This document shows, in pieces, positions 24,930 through 33,510 of a stretch of 35,417 nt of DNA. Below the pieces are notes generated by a model. It ran no database searches. It was not told where the DNA came from and was given only the letters and a program-made list of their open reading frames with translations. The stretch covers positions 1 through 35,417 of the forward strand of contig JAPYWX010000002.1 in NCBI GenBank assembly GCA_028276145.1, in the 5' to 3' direction. A program made the translations under genes and the position numbers. The stretch's first letter is position 1; each line of letters starts with the position of its first letter. This stretch comes from Spirochaetota bacterium. Its GTDB lineage: Bacteria; Spirochaetota; Brevinematia; DTOW01.

Positions 24930-25514
24930 ATGAATTTGAGGGTGTTTTTTCCTTTTTTAGTGGCGTTAATACCGATATTTTTGTTTTCTAACATTGTTTA
25001 CTGCTTGGATTTAGAAAAAGTAGATGTTTATGTTGATAAAGAATACCTTAATATAAAGATATGGGGGCAAGGCGGATTTCCTAAGGACTTTGAAAAAATG
25101 ATAAAAAATAACATAGATTTCAAAGTCATTGTGTCTGTTAAAATCTTGAGAAGGGATTTTAAGCCTCTAAACATTGTTACTGAGGTAACAAATTATAGAA
25201 TTGTAAGGCAGATAAGCTATGACCTTGTGACTGAGAACTTTCTAGTTTTTGATGGGATAAGGTTTAGATTAGCTTCTTCGTTGGAAGAAGTTCCTAAAAA
25301 TATTTTTCCTTTGGTTATTAGACAGAAAATTTCGGATTTGAAGGAGTTACCTGATTTGTCAACTATTTACGATGATACTGATTTTGTTGTTGTTGCGAAG
25401 ATGAGGATTTCAAGTTTAGAGCTGAGGCCACCTCTTAGTATTATAGCTTCCATTTTGAATTTGGGGGGTTGGGAGGGGAGAGAAATGTATTCTGAGCCTT
25501 TTTTGATTAGGTGA
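24930..25514 (+). CDS. Secreted hypothetical protein, possibly DUF4390-like, partnered with the downstream sensor kinase
   Basis: 194 aa with a signal peptide and only a 4-nt gap to the kinase gene. The pairing of a small exported protein with an NtrY-like kinase is what I recall for DUF4390. Sequence-level recognition is weak. Confidence 0.55.
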   Translation: MNLRVFFPFLVALIPIFLFSNIVYCLDLEKVDVYVDKEYLNIKIWGQGGFPKDFEKMIKNNIDFKVIVSVKILRRDFKPLNIVTEVTNYRIVRQISYDLVTENFLVFDGIRFRLASSLEEVPKNIFPLVIRQKISDLKELPDLSTIYDDTDFVVVAKMRISSLELRPPLSIIASILNLGGWEGREMYSEPFLIR

Positions 25515-25518
25515 GGCT

Positions 25519-27147
25519 ATGGCGAAAAGGTTAGTGATTTTTATATTACTTTTTGTTGTAGCTTATGTTTTGTCTCTATTTATTACTGGTTGGTTTCTTT
25601 CGTCTGGTTACGGGCAAGCTGTGAATAAGTTTACAGCTTTTGGTGTTACCTTCGTTTCTGTTGTTTTACTGATTCTTTCGGTCTATATTCTTTTTAAGTC
25701 GATTTCTAGTTTCGTTAAGAAGGAGATAGGTTCTAGGATAAGGATGCGGCTTCTTGTTATGTTCCTTTTGATTAGTATCACTTCTACACTAATTTTGTCT
25801 ATCGTTTTTGTTGTGGTTTTTAATTCTTTGAGGCTCTCATTTTATGCTTCTCCTGATGAGAAGTTTTATTCGTTACCTAAGGAATCTTTAAAAGTTTTGT
25901 CAGGGTATTATGTCGATACTTTTGAGGAGTTGGATAAGGCTATTCGCAGTGGTTCGTATAAAAATGGCATTAAAAATGCTTTAGTAAGCTTGGATTTAGA
26001 ATACAAAGATGAGGTGATTTCTAATATAGTGGAGCATCTTAAGTATTCAGGAGTTAATGAGGGTAGGAGTATAGTGAAGGTGGGGAATAGCGAATTTCTT
26101 TTTTCCTTTAAGAGAGAAGGGAACAGTTATTTGGTGGCTTATACCAAGATTGATGAAAGGATTACCTACTTAAGGGAAAGTTTATCAGGAATACTCCGTG
26201 TTTTTAGTAAGATTGAATTTCTTTTTGAGAGTTTTTTTAGTAACTACATAGTTTACTTCATTCTTCTTATTAATATACCTTCTTTGTTTTTGTCACTTCT
26301 TTTTGCTTATCTGTCTTCTGAGTATATTTCAGCTTCGATATCTAATTTGGCTAGAGGTATGAGTGAAGTATCTAAAGGTAATTTAAATGTTTCCGTTAGT
26401 GATAATTTTGCTTTTGGCGAGATAAAAGACCTGATAAGGTCTTTTAATGATATGGTTGTTAAGCTTCGGGAATACCAATATAGGTTAATGAAGATGGAGA
26501 GGATAGAACTTTGGAGAGAGATTGCACGGAAGTTTGCTCATGAGATAAAAAATCCTCTGACACCTATAAAGCTTACTCTTCAGAGGCTTATGCTTCTTTC
26601 TGATTCACCAAAGTTGAAGGAGAATCTAATTCCTTCGCTCAAGGTTATACTCGAGGAGGTTGATAGGATAGATAACCTTGTTTCTCAGCTTTCTAACTTT
26701 GCTAAAATTTCTATGCCTGTCAAAACAAAATTTGAAGTTTTGGATCTGGTTCTTTCTGTTAAAGAACTTTTCTCGGGACATAATGTTGAATTTAATATTC
26801 AGGTTGATGGGAGCCTTAAGGTGAATGCTGATTATGACCAGATGAAGCAGTGTTTGATAAATCTAGTTAAAAATGGTATTGAAGCACAAAAGGAATCACC
26901 AAGGATAGATATAAAAGCTTTCAGAAGAGGGGACTTTGTTGTTATAAGTGTTAAGGATTACGGTGAGGGGATACCTGAGGATATTAAAAAAGAGATTTTT
27001 AAACCTTATACTACTACGAAGAGGTCAGGTAGTGGCTTGGGGCTATCAATTGTTGAAACTATAGTTATGAATCATGGGGGTAAGGTTTATTTTGAATCTG
27101 AGTTAGGAAAGGGTAGTGAGTTTTTTATAGAGTTACCTGTTGAGTAG
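25519..27147 (+). CDS. Membrane sensor histidine kinase (NtrY-like: TM region, HAMP, HisKA, HATPase_c)
   Basis: 542 aa with multiple N-terminal TM helices. Contains a HAMP-like linker (ISNLARGMSEVSKGNLNVSV...FNDMVVKL), an H-box (FAHEIKNPLTPI), an N-box (LINLVKNGIEA), and G1/G2 motifs (DYGEGIP, GSGLGLSIV). Confidence 0.85.
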   Translation: MAKRLVIFILLFVVAYVLSLFITGWFLSSGYGQAVNKFTAFGVTFVSVVLLILSVYILFKSISSFVKKEIGSRIRMRLLVMFLLISITSTLILSIVFVVVFNSLRLSFYASPDEKFYSLPKESLKVLSGYYVDTFEELDKAIRSGSYKNGIKNALVSLDLEYKDEVISNIVEHLKYSGVNEGRSIVKVGNSEFLFSFKREGNSYLVAYTKIDERITYLRESLSGILRVFSKIEFLFESFFSNYIVYFILLINIPSLFLSLLFAYLSSEYISASISNLARGMSEVSKGNLNVSVSDNFAFGEIKDLIRSFNDMVVKLREYQYRLMKMERIELWREIARKFAHEIKNPLTPIKLTLQRLMLLSDSPKLKENLIPSLKVILEEVDRIDNLVSQLSNFAKISMPVKTKFEVLDLVLSVKELFSGHNVEFNIQVDGSLKVNADYDQMKQCLINLVKNGIEAQKESPRIDIKAFRRGDFVVISVKDYGEGIPEDIKKEIFKPYTTTKRSGSGLGLSIVETIVMNHGGKVYFESELGKGSEFFIELPVE

Positions 27148-27903
27148 TTCCTCATCTATTATTCTTATGTTCTCCATTATCTTTTTTCTTTTTGGGTTGT
27201 TGGGGGTTAGTATTTCTAAAAGTTTTGAGTAGTCATCTCGTGCTTTCAGTAGTTGTCCTGTCTCGTAGTAAACTCTTGCTCTGGCAAAGAGAGCGGGAAC
27301 ATTTCTTGGTTCTAAATTAAGTACATAGTTTAGTTGATTTAGTGCCTCTAAGTAGTCTCTTTTCTCTATTTTTATAAGTGCAAAGGTGTATCTTGCTTCA
27401 ATGTAATCGGGGTTTAAAGTTATTGCTTTTTCTAGGTTTTTTTCTGCTCTGTCGAGGTATGCGTTTTTTGTTGTTTCGTCTTCAACTACTTTTGAAAGCT
27501 GGAATAGAGAAGTTCCAATTATGAAGTATAAGCTTGAGTCTGTTGGGAAAAAGTCTATTGCTTTTTGAGCATTTTCAATTGCTTTAGCCCACATATCACG
27601 CATGAAGTACTGCCTTGCAAGGTTCTTGTATATTTCAGCTCTGAAAACATCAAGTTCTACTTGGTCAATTACAATTTGTAGTTCTCTAGAGCCTAGTTCA
27701 AGTTCTTTGATTGCCTCTTCCTTTTTGCCTTTTTCTGATAAGTACTTTGCCTTTGCTTTTATAGCGTTCTGGGGGGTATTCTGTAATCCTAGTTGGTATC
27801 CAACGAAGAAGACAAACCCAATTATCAAAACAAAAATTGCCACATTTACATAGTTTACTTTCATACCTATGATTTTAATGAATTTGGTTTCCTCTTTCAT
27901 CAT
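27133..27903 (-). CDS. TPR-repeat protein with an N-terminal membrane anchor
   Basis: One TM segment (VAIFVLIIGFVFFVGY) is followed by several TPR-like 34-aa repeats (A..Y...A...P....A.. patterns). The ORF-track start, a GTG at 27936, lies inside a GTGCT-GATT-AGCAC repeat and is probably spurious. The ATGs at 27903/27900 or 27864 are more plausible starts. Confidence 0.7.
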   Translation of the reverse strand: MMKEETKFIKIIGMKVNYVNVAIFVLIIGFVFFVGYQLGLQNTPQNAIKAKAKYLSEKGKKEEAIKELELGSRELQIVIDQVELDVFRAEIYKNLARQYFMRDMWAKAIENAQKAIDFFPTDSSLYFIIGTSLFQLSKVVEDETTKNAYLDRAEKNLEKAITLNPDYIEARYTFALIKIEKRDYLEALNQLNYVLNLEPRNVPALFARARVYYETGQLLKARDDYSKLLEILTPNNPKRKKIMENIRIIDEELLNR

Positions 27904-27922
27904 ACAAAGAGTTTTTACAAAA

Positions 27923-27990
27923 GTGCTGATTAGCACATTACTTTAAGTATCCCTACCCACACCTAATTGTTTGTAAGGAGGCTTAGCCTC
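27923..27990. repeat. Intergenic hairpin-repeat cluster G
   Basis: GTGCT-GATT-AGCAC at 27923-27936, the C-rich CCCTACCCACACC at 27951-27963, and GAGGC-TTA-GCCTC at 27978-27990. Confidence 0.75.
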
Positions 27991-28087
27991 TTAATAAAAA
28001 GAAGCAAGTTCACAGTCCAAGCATTTGAACTTTTCAAATCATAACCTGTTGAAAAGTATTATTTAATAGGTTTAACATTTTTTAGTT

Positions 28088-28876
28088 ATGAAAAGGTTTA
28101 CTTTGGTGGTTTTCCTGTTTTTCCTATCTACTTTGGTTGTTGGTTGTAGTGTTTTGAGTAGTGGCTCTTCTTCTGCTACTAGTTATATTGTACCTCTTTA
28201 TTCGTATCCTGGCGATAGTTATTATTCTAATGAATGGAGGAAGTTATTTGATTTTGATAGTAGGGGTAGGAAAGTTGAGGTTATAATAAATGCTGGCAAT
28301 GGACCGGGGAATTCAAGGGATGCTAATTTTGATCAAGCAATATCAAATCTTCGTTCTAAAGGATTTCATGTTATAGGGTATGTTTATACTTCTTATGGTG
28401 CAAGAAGCGTTTCAGATGTAAAAACAGATGTTGACAAGTGGTTTTCAATTTATGGGACGAATAGGATTGATGGTATATTTTTTGATGAAGTGTCCACGAA
28501 AGAGGAATACTTTAGCTACTACTCTAACTTAACATCTTATGTTAAGCAAACTTATGGGAACGATAAAGTAATGATATTCAATCCTGGTACTACAGTTAGC
28601 AAGAGGTATTTTAGTATAGCTGACAAAATAATTGTTTTTGAGTCACCGTATGATGGATTTAAGAATTTTAATTATGGTGATTACCCAGGTATAGACTCTG
28701 ATAGGGTTTGTACTATCGTTTTAGGTGTTGACAATAAAGCTAAGCTTGATGAGGTGAAGGAGAAGGCTATAAGAAACAACAGTAGTTGTTTGTATATTAC
28801 ATCTCAGCTTGATGATGGTTCTAGGGATAGTGCTTATTTTGTTGTTAGTAAGTACATGATAGAGCATGAATTTTAA
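28088..28876 (+). CDS. Spherulation-specific family 4 (spherulin-4 / Sph3-like) lipoprotein
   Basis: 262 aa with a lipobox (LVVGC). YIVPLYSYPG...W..L, INAGNGPG, GYVYTSYGARSVSDVKTDVDKW and IDGIFFDEV match the pattern I recall for PF12138-type proteins. Confidence 0.6.
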   Translation: MKRFTLVVFLFFLSTLVVGCSVLSSGSSSATSYIVPLYSYPGDSYYSNEWRKLFDFDSRGRKVEVIINAGNGPGNSRDANFDQAISNLRSKGFHVIGYVYTSYGARSVSDVKTDVDKWFSIYGTNRIDGIFFDEVSTKEEYFSYYSNLTSYVKQTYGNDKVMIFNPGTTVSKRYFSIADKIIVFESPYDGFKNFNYGDYPGIDSDRVCTIVLGVDNKAKLDEVKEKAIRNNSSCLYITSQLDDGSRDSAYFVVSKYMIEHEF

Positions 28877-29517
28877 TCAGCTTCATAGTGTGGCTTTGAG
28901 AAAGACAGGAATTTGTAAATTCTTTTTAGTTCTTCTTTGTTTATAGTTATTTTTCCTGCCTTTAGTCCTATTACTGACGAATTTACCAATTCTCTTATTA
29001 CTGATAGTACTTCGCTTTCGCTTACTCCTACCAAATCTGAAACATCTTTGACTAAATCAGAAAGTTTTGAGTATTCTTTTTGTTCAAATGCTTCTGCTAT
29101 GCTTTTTATTATTCTTGTTCTTTTGTCGTATTTTAGGAGTTCTTCAATTTGTTTGTCTGCCTCTCTGAGTCTTTCTGACATTTTGAGTATGACTTTATAG
29201 GCGAAGCTAGGGTTATTGAGGATTACACTTTTGAAAGTGTTTTTGTCTAAAGCTATTAGTTTACATGTTGTTAGTGCTATTGCTGAGGCTGACCTTGGCT
29301 TGTCATCAACTAGAGCCATTTCTCCGAAGAAGTCGCCATTTCCTAATATCATTAATGTTTTTTCTAGATTTCCGGCATTTTTAGTAATTTTGACTTTCCC
29401 TTCAATTATTATGAACATTTCGTTGCCGGGTTCACCTTCCCTGAATATTACTTTTCCTTCATCATATATCCTACCATACTTTTTAAATATCTCTTCGGTG
29501 TATTTCATTTCTTGCAT
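28873..29517 (-). CDS. Crp/Fnr family transcriptional regulator (cNMP-binding domain plus C-terminal HTH)
   Basis: 214 aa. Contains GEPGNEMFIIIEGKVKI and FFGEMALVDDKPRSASAIA, the cNMP-binding signature. The C-terminal third is compatible with a winged HTH. Confidence 0.8.
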   Translation of the reverse strand: MQEMKYTEEIFKKYGRIYDEGKVIFREGEPGNEMFIIIEGKVKITKNAGNLEKTLMILGNGDFFGEMALVDDKPRSASAIALTTCKLIALDKNTFKSVILNNPSFAYKVILKMSERLREADKQIEELLKYDKRTRIIKSIAEAFEQKEYSKLSDLVKDVSDLVGVSESEVLSVIRELVNSSVIGLKAGKITINKEELKRIYKFLSFSKPHYEAD

Positions 29518-29523
29518 GGTGGT

Positions 29524-30492
29524 TTACCATTTTACATATTCTAGTAGTTTTAGAACAACTTCTTCGAATGACATGCCGGCAGCTTTTGCCATTGCAGGTA
29601 TATCGCTTGTTTCTGTCATTCCTGGTATTGTATTTACCTCTAGGAAATAGGGGAGTCCGTCATCTTTTGAAATTATTGCATCGAACCTTACAACACCCCT
29701 ACAATTGAGAGTCTTAAATGCTATTTTTGTGTACTCTATTACTTTTTCTTCTTGTTCTTTGCTTATTTCAGCAGGGATTACAAAGTCAGTCATTCCTTTG
29801 GTGTATTTTGCTTCGTAGTCGTAAAATTCCTTTTTTGGTCTAAGCTCCATTATCGGTAATATGGTTATGTTCTTTTGATCGCCGATTACACCTATTGTTA
29901 TTTCAGTGCCTATTATAGCTTTTTCTGCAAACGAATTTGGATGCCTTCTTAAATAGTTTCTTAGTTTACCTTTTAGTTGGTCTTCTTCTTTTATTATTTC
30001 TACTCCTACGCTAGATCCTTCGTCAACAGGTTTTAGTACGACTGGCAATCCCAGGGACAGAATGTCATTAAATGATTTATCTGGGTTTGATGGATCTAGG
30101 ACAACATAATCTGCTACGGGTATGCCTTTGGCTTTGAGTAATTCCTTGGTTATTATCTTGTTCATGCCTATTGCACTTGTTAGGACATCACAGCCAGTAT
30201 AAGGTATACCTAGTAATTCAAGCACTCCCTGTATTACTCCATCTTCGCCATACTTGCCATGTAGCATTATCACTGCTACGTCAATATTATCTTTTATGAG
30301 CTTTCTTGCTATGTTTGCATCAACATCCATTTTGGTTACTTTGAATCCTAGATTTACAAGTGCATTGTATACATTCTCTCCAGACCTTATTGAAACTTCT
30401 CTTTCTGAGGATAATCCACCCATTAGAACAGCAATGTTTTTTGTTTTGTAGAATTCTATTATGTCTTTATACTTCGTTCTGACATCACTCAT
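29524..30492 (-). CDS. ddl: D-alanine--D-alanine ligase
   Basis: 322 aa. NIAVLMGGLSSEREVSIRSG, HGKYGEDGVIQGVLELLGIPYTG, ATP-grasp motifs and the C-terminal EVNTIPGMTETS are typical of Ddl. Confidence 0.92.
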   Translation of the reverse strand: MSDVRTKYKDIIEFYKTKNIAVLMGGLSSEREVSIRSGENVYNALVNLGFKVTKMDVDANIARKLIKDNIDVAVIMLHGKYGEDGVIQGVLELLGIPYTGCDVLTSAIGMNKIITKELLKAKGIPVADYVVLDPSNPDKSFNDILSLGLPVVLKPVDEGSSVGVEIIKEEDQLKGKLRNYLRRHPNSFAEKAIIGTEITIGVIGDQKNITILPIMELRPKKEFYDYEAKYTKGMTDFVIPAEISKEQEEKVIEYTKIAFKTLNCRGVVRFDAIISKDDGLPYFLEVNTIPGMTETSDIPAMAKAAGMSFEEVVLKLLEYVKW

Positions 30493-30530
30493 ATTTAATG
30501 ATTATTAAAGAGAGAGCTAAGAACATACAA

Positions 30531-31316
30531 TTATTTTCTGCTTACACCGTATCCGAATATAGCCAAATCGTACTTTACTGGATCTTCAGGGTCAAATTTT
30601 TTCAGGTTTTCTGTTATTTCTTCTGCTGTTGTCCAGTCATCTTGTTTCCTCTCAGTGAGTCCCATTTCCCTAGCTATTTTTGATACATGGAAGTCCAGAG
30701 GTATTATCAACTTTGATGTTGGAATTATATCGTTCCATAGTCCTGTGTCTACTTTGTCTTTTCTTACCATCCATCTTAAGAACATATTTAACCTTTTACA
30801 GGCACTACCTTTTCTAGGATTTGGTACGAGTGATGATACTTCTAATGGTACTCTGGTAAAATTTATAAAAAATTCATCTACGAAATCCGTGAGGATTTCG
30901 CGAACATTTTTTGAATTTATATTTCTTCTACTGTATTCATAAAAAGCATTTTTTAGGTTTTCGTACTTTTTTATGATATTTTTCAGTGCTGAGAATATGT
31001 AAAGTAAGTGTTCACCGTTTATTACTCTATAGGCAAAGTATGAGAAGCTTTTTAGTTCTTGAGACGGATTATTAGGGTCAAAAGTCATTAGATAATCGTA
31101 AGGTGTGCCTTTCATTATGCTGAATAGTATTTCATTTACTTTGCTTATTATGTTTACTCTTTTGCCTTGTGCTAGGGTAGAGGCTATAAATCCTGCGATT
31201 TCTTTGTCTTTCGGGTTGTCAAATTTGTAAACAAACTGTATTGGGTCGGAGTGTATGAACTTTTCTGTTGCAAATTTTTGGTAGAGTGAATCTAATAATT
31301 CTTTATTAACTTTCAT
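30531..31316 (-). CDS. Conserved hypothetical protein, likely the TIGR02757 / DUF2400 family
   Basis: 261 aa. The N-terminal F.HSDPIQFV...D.EIAGFIAS.LA.G.R and the C-terminal IPLD.HV..IAR..GL pattern fit my memory of this family. Confidence 0.6.
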   Translation of the reverse strand: MKVNKELLDSLYQKFATEKFIHSDPIQFVYKFDNPKDKEIAGFIASTLAQGKRVNIISKVNEILFSIMKGTPYDYLMTFDPNNPSQELKSFSYFAYRVINGEHLLYIFSALKNIIKKYENLKNAFYEYSRRNINSKNVREILTDFVDEFFINFTRVPLEVSSLVPNPRKGSACKRLNMFLRWMVRKDKVDTGLWNDIIPTSKLIIPLDFHVSKIAREMGLTERKQDDWTTAEEITENLKKFDPEDPVKYDLAIFGYGVSRK

Positions 31317-32881
31317 TACATTACCTCTGGAGCGTTTACACCGATTATCCAGAGTCCTTTTTTTAAAACATTCTTAACTGCTTTTACTAATACTCTTCTT
31401 CCTTTGTGTACTTTCCCGTTGTCTATTACTCTATGTTTTGAGTAGAATTTGTGGAATAATGAAGCTAAGTCTAAAAGGTAAGTTGTCATTCTCTGTGGTT
31501 CTAATGATAGTGTTATATCTACTATTTCCTCGGGGAATTTTGCTAGTTTTCGAGCTATTTCTTCTGATTCTGGGGTATCTATTATGTCTTTGCTACCTTC
31601 TATTTCGGGTATTCCTTGGGAGTTTCTGAGTATGCCGCTAATTCTTGCGTGTGCATACTGAAGGTAATAAACTGGGTTATCTTCACTTTGTTTCTTTGCT
31701 TCTTCTATATCAAAGTCTATATGTGTATCAACCTTCTTTGATACTAGGTAATACCTAAGGACATCTTTACCTACTTCGTCAAGCACTTCTCTAAGGGTGA
31801 TTATATCTCCGGTTCTTTTTGACATTCTTACGGGTTCACCATTTCTGTAGAGTGATACCATTTGCCCTATTACTACCTCAAATTTTACATCGGTGTTTAT
31901 TGAAGATATGGCAGATTCTAATCTCTTTACATATCCGTGGTGATCAGCTCCCCATATATTTATTAACCTATCAAATCCTCTTTCTATCTTGTTTCTATGG
32001 TAGGCAATATCGACTCCGAAGTATGTGTATTCACCGTTTGACCTTTTTACTACTCTGTCTTTATCATCGCCAAATAGTGTACTTTTGAACCACCAAGCAC
32101 CATCTTTTTCGTATATTAATCCTTTCTCTTTGAGTAGGTTAAATGTATCGTCTACATATCCGCTATCGTGTAATGATTTTTCGGAGAACCAATTGTCGAA
32201 GTGTACATCAAACAGTGTCAAATCTTCCTTTTGCCATTCAAGAATTACTTTTATTGGGTCTTCTTTGGTTTTTGCTAGTTCGTAAATGTATTCACCATGA
32301 TATCCATTTTCTGGTATTTCCTTGCCTTGTCTTACTGCTTCTACCGATTCTCTTAGTAATGTTATTTGGTTTCCGGCGTCGTTAATGTAGAATTCAGATT
32401 TTATGTCATAACCTGAGGTTATGAAAGCTCTGTATAGGCTATCGCCTATTGATGCCCATCTTGCGTGTCCTATGTGTAGTGGTCCGGTTGGATTTGCACT
32501 AACATATTCCAGTAATATTTTACCTTTTCCCCTGCCGAAATCAGATTTACCATATTCCTCATTTTCTGAAATTTCTTCAGTGAGTTTTGATAAGTATTCT
32601 TTTGATAGTTTTAGGTTTATGAATCCGCCGTTAAGAAAATTTATCTCTGAAAATTCTTCTTTTAGTTTTTCTTTTAGCCCTTCCACTATTTTTGAAGAGA
32701 TGTCAGGTAGTTTGTAGCCTTTGTCTTTTAGGAGTTTTGAAACTCTGAAGGCTACGGTAGTAGTGTAATCACCAAATGAAGGATTGTCAGGATAGGTAAC
32801 ATCAATATTATCAATATTTACACCGAATTTTTCGGTAATTACCTTATCGGTAGCCTCTCTTATTTTTTCTTTCAGTAGCAT
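31316..32881 (-). CDS. argS: Arginine--tRNA ligase
   Basis: 521 aa. Contains the HIGH motif (SANPTGPLHIGHAR), the class I core, and the C-terminal DALR anticodon-binding region ending in the conserved terminal Met. Confidence 0.92.
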   Translation of the reverse strand: MLLKEKIREATDKVITEKFGVNIDNIDVTYPDNPSFGDYTTTVAFRVSKLLKDKGYKLPDISSKIVEGLKEKLKEEFSEINFLNGGFINLKLSKEYLSKLTEEISENEEYGKSDFGRGKGKILLEYVSANPTGPLHIGHARWASIGDSLYRAFITSGYDIKSEFYINDAGNQITLLRESVEAVRQGKEIPENGYHGEYIYELAKTKEDPIKVILEWQKEDLTLFDVHFDNWFSEKSLHDSGYVDDTFNLLKEKGLIYEKDGAWWFKSTLFGDDKDRVVKRSNGEYTYFGVDIAYHRNKIERGFDRLINIWGADHHGYVKRLESAISSINTDVKFEVVIGQMVSLYRNGEPVRMSKRTGDIITLREVLDEVGKDVLRYYLVSKKVDTHIDFDIEEAKKQSEDNPVYYLQYAHARISGILRNSQGIPEIEGSKDIIDTPESEEIARKLAKFPEEIVDITLSLEPQRMTTYLLDLASLFHKFYSKHRVIDNGKVHKGRRVLVKAVKNVLKKGLWIIGVNAPEVM

Positions 32882-33000
32882 AAAAAAATTTTATAGGATT
32901 TCTTTGTTTAATCTCACCTTACAAGGGTTTGGGTATAATTATTTTTAAAGATTATTTTTTCTTGAAATGTCTGATTTATCTTTTAGATAATTTAAAAGAT

Positions 33001-33510
33001 ATGAATTTGCTTGATGTTATTGTTATTGTTGGTGTTGCTTTGGGGATTTTTTGGGGGGCTAGGAGAGGTTTTATTGGGATTTTGATACTTGTTGTTGGTA
33101 TTGTAGTTTCTATTGTTTTGGTGGGTGCTTTTTCAAAGCCTCTTTCAGAATTTCTTGTCAAGGTTGGTGTTAGTGAAAATTATTCTTATGGTGTTTCTGT
33201 TTTGTTTATACTTGTTGTAGCTTTTCTATTGTTTTTCATTATTCACCTACTGTTGAAGAGGGTTATAGACATATTTAGGATCGGAATGATAAATAGGGTG
33301 TTGGGGGCTTTGCTTGGAGCTTGGGTAATATTCGTTCTTATAGGTTCCGTTTATTTCTTCTTCTCTAGACTTCCACTTCTTAATTTCAAGAAATTTGTTA
33401 GAGATTCTGTAGTTGCTAAGTACTCTTATATACATGCTAAGAATGTTATGTCTCTTTCTGGTACTGATGAAGAAATAAACAAGTTCATTGAAGGTGAGGA
33501 AATTCGATAA
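33001..33510 (+). CDS. cvpA: CvpA family membrane protein (colicin V production protein-like)
   Basis: The N-terminus MNLLDVIVIVGVALGIFWGARRGFIG is the classic CvpA start, followed by four TM segments. The ORF track begins at a TTG at 32929, but the ATG at 33001 fits the family. The 3' end overlaps the convergent tilS by 26 nt. Confidence 0.75.
   Translation: MNLLDVIVIVGVALGIFWGARRGFIGILILVVGIVVSIVLVGAFSKPLSEFLVKVGVSENYSYGVSVLFILVVAFLLFFIIHLLLKRVIDIFRIGMINRVLGALLGAWVIFVLIGSVYFFFSRLPLLNFKKFVRDSVVAKYSYIHAKNVMSLSGTDEEINKFIEGEEIR

Noticed and set aside
27904-27936. N-terminal 11 codons of the TPR protein as given by the ORF track
   Set aside because: The GTG start at 27936 and the following codons are the GTGCT-GATT-AGCAC repeat itself. 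A downstream ATG (27903, 27900 or 27864) is more credible.
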